This document shows positions 1 through 8,959 of a DNA stretch of 14,904 nt, piece by piece; positions within the stretch are counted from its first letter, which is position 1, and each line of letters begins with the position of its first letter. Under the pieces are notes generated by a model, which saw nothing but the letters and a program-made list of their open reading frames with translations, was not told where the DNA came from and did not search any database. Source of the DNA: Oopsacas minuta (Eukaryota; Animalia; Porifera); the NCBI GenBank assembly GCA_024704765.1, contig JAKMXF010000304.1:62159-77062 (forward strand). The letters are read 5' to 3'. The position numbers and the translations under genes were made by a program.

Positions 1-219
1 AATTATATTTCGATTAGGAAAGCCATAGACATTGTAACAAAAGAATTCTTCATTCATTTTTAAGGATTAGCTGTTGTTAATAATCACCAAGAGTACTACC
101 ACTGTAAATGGCTTTGATAATTGAAGTATTTGCTAGCACCTATTGTTAATGAATAATGAGGAATATGATACCACTTTTTTGACCTGAGGTCGTATCTCTG
201 TTTCGCTTTCTATAACCCA

Positions 220-313
220 CAGCGCCCCCCCAGCGCCCCCTTGCTGCGTGGCCGCCCCCCTACAACCCTTCAGCGCCCCCCAGGGGGCTCTACGGCCCAC
301 TTTGAGAACACTG
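220..313 (-). mobile_element. Terminus of a hAT (Buster/Charlie-like) element or MITE; other end not in window
   Basis: Reverse complement from 313 reads CAGTGTTCTCAAAGTGGGCCGTAGAGCCCCCTGGGGGGCGCTG, typical of hAT/Charlie ends. The flanking 8-mer TCCTAGAC (314-321) fits the Buster nnnTAnnn target pattern. CAGCGCCCCC occurs at 220, 231 and 271. Confidence 0.55.
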
Positions 314-714
314 TCCTAGACAATAGAAACGAAACCTGTAATGGCTCGTTCTCAGCCGGTAAAAGATATCAGCACTATCAATTCGCTTATTTCTAATTTC
401 ATACAAACTGAGAGATTTTTGCCTTCGCAGACATTGTTTTTGCCACAATCTTGAAAGAGTATACCTTATTCATGCCTTGTTATTGCTCAACAATATATTT
501 AGGCTAGCATGTTTTATTGTCATTATTCCAAAAGTTTATAATTGATACCATGTTTATGCCAATATTTAATGGTTCTTGCCATTGCCTAACTCTTTTAACT
601 TTGCCCCTGATCTGGCTTCATTGGGTAACTCTCACAATTGGGCGATAATTAACCTTGTGCGGACAGACGACGAGAATTTGGACCTGTCAAATGTAACATT
701 TGTAAAGCCTAACT

Positions 715-737
715 CAGAGGTGCCCAACATTCGGCCC
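715..737 (+). mobile_element. Possible truncated hAT-type left terminus
   Basis: CAGAGGTGCCCAACATTCGGCCC resembles hAT/Buster ends (CAGGGGTGCCCAAC...CGGCCC), and the preceding 8-mer GCCTAACT fits nnnTAnnn. No partner end found. Confidence 0.35.
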
Positions 738-1626
738 ATACAGGTCTAGGTCACTAAAACTCTTATACCTATGCAATTCTTATTTCTACACATTTATCCT
801 GAAATCATATTCAATTAGATACTCAGTGTTAAGTATAAATAATTTCTTACTTTAGTGGATCCCCTTATAATCATACCGCTTAATATAATAATCCACGTAT
901 TCCATAATAGCTCAAATCCTAAACCATTTGCATTACATAATTTGAGGAATACTTTTTGCTATATCGCGTTATTTCATATCCCGGTTATCGTGATAAATAA
1001 TGTTGTCAGATTTGGTATCCTTCCAGGATAGTATCATATAATTAAACGTGATTAATTATTAATTGAGATGATATTAGAGATTGATATGTACGGGTGACAA
1101 AAATTCTAGTGCGTACAGCTAGTTGGGTGGTTTGTGGTATCGAATGTGATCTTAAAGTGCTCCGATAATGAGAATACACAATTTTATCGTGCTGCTCCGA
1201 ATAATTTATATCCTGTAACATCTAATGAACTTAGTATCATTATATGAGTCCAGTAGATTCCGCCTACCTCTGCTAAAGATTCTTATTTTCATTAAAGTAT
1301 ACCTAGAAATATATTATCTTCTTTAGTCAGGTTAGAGTCTGGTGAATTTTGTAATTTTGAAAAGGTGGATTGAATGTGCTAATCTGGAGCCAAAAAGGCT
1401 GAATTCGTACACCTGACAGAACTATCCTTTAAAATTGCATTTTAGCAGTTTTAACTAAGAATATTAAAATAATATGTAAAATTTTGATGTCTATGAACGA
1501 AGCTAAGAATAAAAATGTTTTTACGCTTGTATTATGTTAAGTCATAGGCACTAGATCAGATGATTATGTCGAACGCTTTTTCATATGTTAAATTTGTGAC
1601 GTGAAAGGGTTAAGTTCTAGGACCAG

Positions 1627-1759
1627 CAGGAGCTGATCCAGGATTATTCAAGGTGCACTGCGCTTGATCGCTCCTAGGATATTTGATGTGTCGTACCCCT
1701 GGTATTGCTATGTCCATTTACACACAGCAATACAAAGAGTGAGCCTAGATCCGCCCCTG
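1627..1759. mobile_element. 133-bp MITE (hAT-like) with 16-bp imperfect TIRs
   Basis: CAGGAGCTGATCCAGG (1627-1642) vs reverse complement of 1744-1759, CAGGGGCGGATCTAGG: 13/16 match. No convincing TSD remains. Confidence 0.6.
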
Positions 1760-1849
1760 GGCCTAAATATTTCAAAATGGACAGAACATTAACACTTTAA
1801 ATTCCCATAACAATAACTGATTCATTTGCCTTCATTGTTGGTTATTCGA

Positions 1850-1906
1850 ATTAATTGTGGACTCCGATTTGTAAATACAATCCTTATAGATTATACTTAT
1901 ACATAC
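1850..1906 (+). CDS. DDOST: Tentative upstream OST48/DDOST coding segment
   Basis: INCGLRFVNTILIDYTYTY within ORF 1826-2038 loosely resembles human [20 protein letters not shown]. It lies in the expected order upstream of the confident exon. Confidence 0.25.
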
Positions 1907-2164
1907 AAATCGCCATCCAAATTTCAATCAAATTACAGTAGATTAATAAGACTATATTATGGTAAAACTCTGATAATTTCTTCTTTTATGCGTCGATTAT
2001 TTAGCAGAGTGATTTTTGAGAGTAAATTTACTTGTTGAAAATTTGTAATTGTAATTCGAATTCAACGCTCCTTTATTACGCTATCTAGTTGGATTCTAAT
2101 CTCTAGGAAGGAATTAATTTATTCTTTGAATGACTTCAAGCCATTGATTGCCCATGGAATTTAG

Positions 2165-2216
2165 TCTTGGTGTGTCTTTGATGTTCGTCCTTTGCCTCAG
2201 TATCCAGAAAATTTAG
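2165..2216 (+). CDS. DDOST: Probable OST48/DDOST exon segment
   Basis: SWCVFDVRPLPQYPENL(G) aligns with human SYSFFPDKPITQYPHAVG. A GT follows at 2217 (possible 45-bp intron to AG at 2261, then a small exon to a GTAAGA donor at 2297). The 5' boundary is unclear because of an in-frame TAG at 2162. Confidence 0.55.
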
Positions 2217-2345
2217 GTATTATTTGCAACCGTTTTGTATTCTGGTTGAACTTATTCCTAGCTTATTGCCAATGTTTTGTGTATTCTTGTTTTATCGTAA
2301 GATAATTCATTTATACATTTTCATCCTTTATTTTGATTCTCTTAG

Positions 2346-2580
2346 GCACGAAATGATGGTAGAGTAATTATTTCTGGTTCATTGGATTTCTTCTCAAATG
2401 AACGTTTTACAGAAGCTGCTAAATATAATATTTCAAACAGAAACGTTTCATTAAATATCTTACTGTGGTGTTTCAAGTCAAATGGAATTTTAAGAATAGT
2501 ATCATTCTCCCACTTTATGTGCAACAGTATATTTTCGCATTTTGAATATACTGTGAATGATTGTGTTAGCTATGAAATAC
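2346..2580 (+). CDS. DDOST: Internal exon of oligosaccharyltransferase 48 kDa subunit (OST48/WBP1)
   Basis: Pyrimidine-rich acceptor ...TTCTCTTAG ends at 2345 and donor GTAAGT starts at 2581. Translation ARNDGRVIISGSLDFFSN...LLWCFKSNGILRIVSFSHF...EYTVNDCVSYEI matches human ARNNARVIFSGSLDFFSD...SRWVFKEEGVLRVGPVSHH...AYTVTDLVEYSI. Confidence 0.9.
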
Positions 2581-3260
2581 GTAAGTAATTTTCTATTTTA
2601 CACTTTATCACGAGAAATATTTTCAAGTTCATATAGTTAGTTTTTACATGATCGACTTAAGTATATAATTTCATCTCCACACATTTTTAACTGAAATTTA
2701 TTTATCGAAATTCCTCGTATCATGATCTTCAATCAATTTTGGTAAGTCTTTTGGTCTGATTCATAGTAGGATTTCAATTATACTAGGAAGAAACTATAAC
2801 ACGCAATTGTAGTTATATATTTTGGACGGATCTACCTACGTGACCATATGCACCAAATATGCATTCAAAATAAATTGATAATCCTGCAGCAATATGTATA
2901 TGTAATATTATATTTTCATATATTTCTTCAGATAAATGGCCTTCTGGGGTGACAATGGAGGTACCAAGTTACTTTGATTACTAATTTAGTCATTTCGTAC
3001 TTCGCGTATCAAGAAATTCTAAGATTCCATCCCGTCAGAACCAGATCAAAATACCCTTGTAAAGGGTGTTAAGAAATTAATTTCCTCTTTTAGGAAAATG
3101 TATACAACAGTTGTATATTATCAGATCTTCTTGTTTTGTTTTCATGAAGGATCCAAATATATTATCGATAATTTCAATAATAATTATCTACCAAAATTGC
3201 TAATTTCATAGTTTTTCAAAAGGTGATACTTTTCATGTAGGGATTTGTTGTTAATTTTAG

Positions 3261-3415
3261 CTATTTTTATTGTCGATTCGACTCAGATACTAAGTTTCCT
3301 CAATTGCATGATAAAAGGATTTCACATTCCTTTTATACCAGAAGTTACATATCCATGTATCTTTCACTTATGTAGCAACATAACCACTTTGAGCCTTATT
3401 AATATCTGCAATTAG
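3261..3415 (+). CDS. DDOST: Tentative last OST48/DDOST exon (diverged or frameshifted)
   Basis: After a TTTTAG acceptor (3260) an open frame reads ...DSTQI...FIPEVTYP...*, reminiscent of human SSTQV...RFIPSAYP. Motif spacing differs by 1-2 aa. Confidence 0.3.
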
Positions 3416-3710
3416 GTTGTGAGCCGGGACAAATTTTCCAAGGAGAATGTTTCAAACATGTTTTGTGAAAATAATTTGGTGGCTCTACTATAATCCCAGT
3501 ATTGTTGAAACGAATCAGTGCCTATCAATAAAACGTTTTCAAATCTACATTAATGAATAATTCATAATTATAATTAATTTTGATAAGGATTACAATATCA
3601 ATTGGCATTGTTTTCGCAAGATGAATTGAACCATAAGAGACTAACAGGAAATCAATTTCTTAACATCCTGTATATTGAAGAGAGCCAACAGAAAACTTTT
3701 CAATTGACTT

Positions 3711-3766
3711 TAGGGGCTTGGGGCCACTAAGTAGTACCTACTTTGCCTATTGGGTAACCGCCGCTG
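3711..3766 (-). mobile_element. hAT-MITE-like terminal remnant
   Basis: Reverse complement reads CAGCGGCGGTTACCCAATAGGCAAAGTAGG...GGCCCCAAGCCCC, a GC-rich end of the CAG(C/G)G(C/G)CGG type. No enclosing partner found. Confidence 0.3.
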
Positions 3767-3909
3767 AACTGGCACCATGGGACTCGGTGCAAAATAGTGG
3801 GGATGTTATCTTCCCCAAAAAGATTGGGATTGGTCGTCATCGGTTATTTGTCCAAAGAAATAGCCTAAGATTTCATGCAAGGGAATATTATTCATAGAAT
3901 AGTTTACTA

Positions 3910-3980
3910 TAAGATATTTTACCCTAGGATATTTTCTTCTCCGTCATATATCCCAAGGATAGTTTGCTCTAGGCTATTTC
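3910..3980. repeat. Degenerate minisatellite-like repeats (CCYAGGATATTT-like)
   Basis: CCCTAGGATATTTTC (3922), CCCAAGGATAGTTTG (3952), TCTAGGCTATTTC (3968), TAAGATATTTTA (3910). Confidence 0.4.
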
Positions 3981-6146
3981 ACTCAAAGGCGGCGGAACAG
4001 GGAGGACTGGGGGCTTTAGCTACCAATTTGTATGATGTTTCAATATGAGTATATGAAATCATCGTAGGATATTGTAAACTGTCCAACCTTCAGACAATAC
4101 TTAGTAGGGATATTTAACGCGTAGTGCTTAGTATGTTGCGAACCTAGAGAATTGACGGAACAACAGTTGGTATACTTCCCTTAAGAAAAAATTAGCAATT
4201 GAGTTAGAAAACTATAAATTATATTTCTAATATTACACAAATAAGTTGTTTCATAATTAAGTAGTATACGCTCTGCTCTTCATTATAAAGTGAACAGTAT
4301 ATTAGTAATTTTGAAGAACTCTGATGATAATTGAAAATTTCAAGCTCACGTGGATTTCTTATTCTTCAAAAGCTAATAGCAACACAAACAATGGTACTTC
4401 GAGGTAAATTCGGGTTTTGGCTGTGTATTAGTTACAAAAATTTGATAATGGAAAAAATATAGTTGGCATATATCGATTATGGTCGAAGTTTTACGTTCGT
4501 AACAACAAGGAAAACTATAATTTTACCACTTCGCTTTAACCAATTCGGACCCAAATCGAAATTTTTGCATCTTTTGTGGTCATAAAATTACACATTTTGG
4601 TGGCAATATTCGGTTAATAGGAAAAGCAGAGACGAAGTGTCTGCTATCGATTATTATCTGAAAACCAATTCATAGGGACTATATTTCTTAGATTACCATA
4701 AAATAGACAAAATTGGAATTTTCATTGTGTATAATTTTATTAGAAATATATTGATGGAATTTGTCACTGAAACTGGGCTCTTTAAAGATCATTTTCAAAA
4801 CAACGAAAAATCGCGGCGTTTCACCTGTATGTTTCCATTTTATTGACAAGAGATTACTGTCTATATATAATTTTAAATAAATTCATCAAATTTTGGCATC
4901 TAATTAAAATTTTTAGGTCAAAAATCAAAATTGATGTGAATTTTGTTCCTAAATTGTAAAATGGGTGAATTTCAATGAACCTCTTCGAATGTATACTCAA
5001 ACCAGGGTTTCTTTGTAAAATTAGATATAAGTAGGATTGACTTCTGGATTTCATTTGGGAAGCAATTTCCACACAATGCGAGACAGCGGTGCTTACTCAC
5101 TTTTGAAAACGATCTTTTCGCCATGGCATTGCCGCTAATTGGGGCCTAAAATAATTCCTTCATAATATAGCAATATTCCAAATTACTCTACTACTAAAAT
5201 TTATAACTTCATGGTCAGCTATTCCAACACCCAAATCGAGACTTTAGCAACTTTTTGACGTCATAAAAAGACACAGTTTGTACGTCCGGAATTGATTGAA
5301 GGAATTGGGAGACCCCAAGGGCAGATTTTGGTATCAGGGATATTTGGGCCAAACTCTTTCAAGTTTGAGTTTTAAGAAAACCGCACGAATTTATGATGTC
5401 ATTATCACCTTTTTGGAAATCCGAAAAATCACAATATGAATCACTACTCAACCAATGTAATTGATGTTTGAAATTTGAAACACCGGTACCCTACAATATG
5501 CCAAATGTCCTGACATCATCACATTGAGCAATTGCCAACCCATCATGAAATTATTACGTCATGATGACTGTACACAAATTGAAAAATTCCAGTCCATAAT
5601 TTTCCACAATTCACGGAAGGGTGTAATCGGCAAGTGACATCTGAAAGATTGTTCTATATAGAATAGAAGAAGTATATAATAGCTTGCCACATGTTGAACT
5701 AATGTAAAATTTGGAAGATTTCAGTATCTAGGTTTCAATTTGAATGGCTTATTTTATGCACCGAAATTTATCTTTCTACGTCGCTTTTAACTGTGTAGAG
5801 GAATGATCCATGCATGAACCTGAAAATTTTGATTTCGCACCCATCATAGGCAGGGACCTAGCTAGCTTGTAAAAAGACCCACGCCAAAGGATGCTCATCA
5901 ATTTTTATGCATGAAAAGAGTAAGTCATCAAAATTTAGCATATATTTATCAATAAAATTTGTATATAGGATTCACTATTTCTACTGGTCCGTTATTTTGT
6001 GTTCCTTTATGAAATGCACTTCACATGTATACGAACCAACATCAATGTGAACAGTGGGTATATACAACTAGATCTGCTTATTTGGAATAGACATCCCAAT
6101 TAATTTATTATTATTTCCGAGATGTTCGGTTAGTTGCAGAGATACA

Positions 6147-6503
6147 AATCCAATCCAATCAAGCAAAAATTTTTAGCATTTGATATTTCAGCAATCGACA
6201 CTTTTCTTGGAAATCCAATCGATCTACCATCGTGAAATAAATCGATTTTTTCGATATTTATCGATGTTTCATTTATGATTATTGATTATTTTATCGTTAT
6301 CTTTCGAATTTCGTTTCTAGCAGAGATGCAGATTCAATATGATAAGTCTATTCCAATTGACAACCTCATTCATTCATTAATCTCATTCTATCGATGTTTA
6401 CATTGAATATCAAATCGATAAATATTGGCAACAATTCAATCGGTAATCCAATCTATATGAATCGTGCCAATCGACAATCGATAATTATCGATAGGATTGG
6501 ATC
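6147..6503. repeat. ATCGAT-rich segment bounded by an imperfect inverted repeat, probably a non-autonomous TE
   Basis: ATCGAT at 6218, 6241, 6260, 6390, 6414, 6477 and 6487. AATCCAATCCAATC (6147-6160) vs reverse complement of 6490-6503, GATCCAATCCTATC: 12/14. Confidence 0.45.
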
Positions 6504-7070
6504 AGCATTCCTGGTTAATCGGGATAGAAGTCCAAATTAAGCGTTTAGATTAGAATAATGAAATAGTTTTTAGAAGGTCACAATACATAGACTTGGGACA
6601 ATACACATTTATAAATTAGACCAATAGCTGTATTTTGCCTTGTACTATACTATACACTGATAATACATTTAACAGGTCTATCTTGAATAGAAATGCTACT
6701 TTTCTGATTAAGCAGGAGAACTCGGGTAAGATGTACTCGGTTTAAGACTTACTTTTCTCAAATACTGATCATAAATTTTGTACAAATTGCAAGGCCGCCG
6801 AGATAAATTATAGGGCTTCAGGGCAGGATAAGTATATTTCATGAATCCCAAGGTAACTGAGAAAATTACAACCAACACGGCAGTGCACAACACACCGAGT
6901 GTTCAATAAGTTCGAGTAAACTATACAAAGCACTTACAGTAGAGCTAATTTAACGTAACCGCATACATACCTAGTGAATCCATACTTCCTAACCAAATTT
7001 CAGGATTATAAGTACTATACTCGGTTTTTTGTAGCCAATTTTATAGTCTTCACTTTCAATATTTAATATT

Positions 7071-8239
7071 ATGGAAAATTTGAATAAGAGAGATTTCCGT
7101 GCCATCATTTTCTACAATTTCAAACGTGGATTAACTTTGCGGATTGCAGTTGTGAGGTGTTTTCTATCTTTGGGGATCAAAGTCCAACCCAATCCAACAT
7201 CTACAAGTGGTATCGTCAATTCCGTTTAGGCCACACATCCCTTGACGATGAGCCACGTTCAGGACGTCCAATTACGGCGGTCACCGAGGAGAATATCGAC
7301 AAAGTATCGAAGCTAGTAACTGAGGATAGGCAAATCACTGTCAGACAGTTAGCTTNNNNNNNNNNNNNNNNNNNNNNNNNNNNNNNNNNNNNNNNNNNNN
7401 NNNNNNNNNNNNNNNNNNNNNNNNNNNNNNNNNNNNNNNNNNNNNNNNNNNNNNNNNNNNNNNNNNNNNNNNNNNNNNNNNNNNNNNNNNNNNNNNNNNN
7501 NNNNNNNNNNNNNNNNNNNNNNNNNNNNNNNNNNNNNNNNNNNNNNNNNNNNNNNNNNNNNNNNNNNNNNNNNNNNNNNNNNNNNNNNNNNNNNNGCTGC
7601 TAAAGTATTCCAAAAAAGATTCGCGATGCTGGTCAGAAGTCATAACTGGTGACGAGACATGGATCTATTATTACGACATTCAATCAAAGCAGCAGAGCTC
7701 AAAATGGATCTTTGAAGACGAGCAACCGAACACAATTCCTAAGCAAACCAGGGGCAGTCGGCAAGCGAATTTTTGCTGTTTTCTTCTCTACAAGAGGGAT
7801 AATAGAATATGTGATGCTTCCTGAGAACACACTGTTGCTGCAACTTGGTACACTGAAAATTGTCTTCCGCAAGTGTTCCAAGCTGTCGAGAGGTTGCGTC
7901 CAAAGACTGGTCTTCGCGGAATGAAATTCCGCCATGACAATGCTCCAGCTCACACTGCACGAAAAACTAAGGACTATATCAAACAAACGGCGCTAGAATT
8001 GATCGATCTTCCACCCTATACCCCAGATCTAGCCCCTTGTGACTTCTGGTTGTTTCCTACTATAAAAACGCCATCTAAAAGGTAGACGTTTTGATTCGGA
8101 AACAGAGCTGAGCGCCGCATTTTTGGATGCAATTGACCTCATGCCAGAAAGTCGCTACTTAAGACTATTTGACATGTGGTTAGAACTGTGTCAATGGTGT
8201 ATTGATGCCAATGAGGAGTATTTCGAACATTTGAAATAG
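7071..8239 (+). pseudogene. Mariner transposase, frameshifted, interrupted by an N gap
   Basis: Reconstructed MENLNKRDFRAIIFYNFKRG.../...DDEPRSGRP (HTH linker).../VITGDETWIYYYD.../HDNAPAH...YTPDLAPCDFWLF.../EEYFEHLK*. There are 34 residues between the second and third Asp. 1-bp shifts near 7137, 7755, 7828 and 8066. Confidence 0.95.
7356..7595. other. Assembly gap (240 N)
   Basis: Run of N inside the mariner #1 transposase. Confidence 1.
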
Positions 8240-8626
8240 TATTTTTATATCTATCTGTACTGTAAGCATACTTTTACTCGAACTTATTGAACACTCGGTA
8301 CAATAGGTCCCCCAACCTGTATAATATTTATGAGTGGATCTATGTTATATCAATCGGTATGCAAATACACCCCTTTGTTGTCAACATTTGTGAAAATCTA
8401 TATGAGATTTCGTCAGCAACAGTTGACATTAGCTGGTTTTATGAAATAAATTCTACTCACAGCGTATCAGTGTATATTAGTTAGAATTTAATGAAGTAAC
8501 TTCAATTTCCAGGAGAAATTTAAAGTGTGAAGCGAAAAATCAATCTGAGATTGTGTTCAAATCAGTGAGTGTCACTTTGGATCTGTGGGACTTGACAACT
8601 ATGCCACTCCATTTGTCCTATTATAG

Positions 8627-8631
8627 GTCAG
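8627..8631 (+). repeat. Left 5-bp target site duplication GTCAG
   Basis: Immediately precedes CACAGTG at 8632. The partner GTTAG at 11870-11874 matches 4/5. Confidence 0.85.
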
Positions 8632-8669
8632 CACAGTGGTTTAAAATGAGAGTTTGTAAAGAATAGGTA
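8632..8669 (+). repeat. 3' TIR: heptamer CACAGTG + 20-bp spacer + AAGAATAGGTA
   Basis: CACAGTG GTTTAAAATGAGAGTTTGTA AAGAATAGG TA. Confidence 0.85.
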
Positions 8670-8779
8670 TTCTAGTACCAGGTAGCCATATTCAATGCAT
8701 TATTTGCGAATAGGTTATCGTATCCGAGGAATTGAATGGGGTAATCAAATTTCTTCTATGGCTTCTAGATTTCTGGATA

Positions 8780-8808
8780 TGACGTCATCACATATTATGA
8801 TGACGTCA
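8780..8808. other. Subterminal inverted repeat of two TGACGTCA (CRE-like) palindromes
   Basis: TGACGTCATCA-CATATTA-TGATGACGTCA: perfect 11-bp stem with a 7-nt loop. Confidence 0.75.
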
Positions 8809-8959
8809 CATTTAAAAAATTATTTAATGAAACTCATAGAAATTACACTTCATAAGAATAATCTTCTACTCTGTATATATACTATTACCCTGTAAAGTAT
8901 TTGGCAAAGAGTGATATAGATTTACATTTTAAGGAATCTATAAACTAATTATAAGTGAA

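Larger units (their letters stand above)
6893..8300 (+). mobile_element. Full-length mariner (Tc1/mariner, DD34D) transposon #1
   Basis: Perfect 26-bp inverted repeat CCGAGTGTTCAATAAGTTCGAGTAAA at 6895-6920 and 8273-8298, extendable to 28 bp with one terminal mismatch. It encloses a mariner transposase. Confidence 0.95.

Noticed and set aside
1340-1400. Possible N-terminal OST48 fragment (FE/KGGLNVLIWS vs FIDGGGSVLVAAS)
   Set aside because: It needs a frameshift, is short and low in complexity, and has no clear splice sites.
1408-1432. Kolobok-like end (reverse complement TTAA-AGGATAGTTC)
   Set aside because: No convincing partner TIR was found; candidates at 1152 and 1292 match only weakly.
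4723-5078. Transib-type heptamers CATTGTG (4723-4729) and CACAATG (5072-5078)
   Set aside because: They face away from each other, share no further similarity, and have no partner ends or TSD. One or two such 7-mers are expected by chance in a window of this size and composition (rough estimate).
6708-6893. 61-aa minus-strand ORF containing a segment with plausible acceptor and GTAAGT donor
   Set aside because: No recognisable protein family and no supporting neighbouring exons. It could be a host exon but cannot be supported.
7699-7986. Antisense ORFs over transposases (also 8955-9191, 9290-9472, 12415-12606, 12826-13047) and ORFs spanning N gaps
   Set aside because: These are shadows of the opposite-strand coding sequence or artefacts of reading through N runs.
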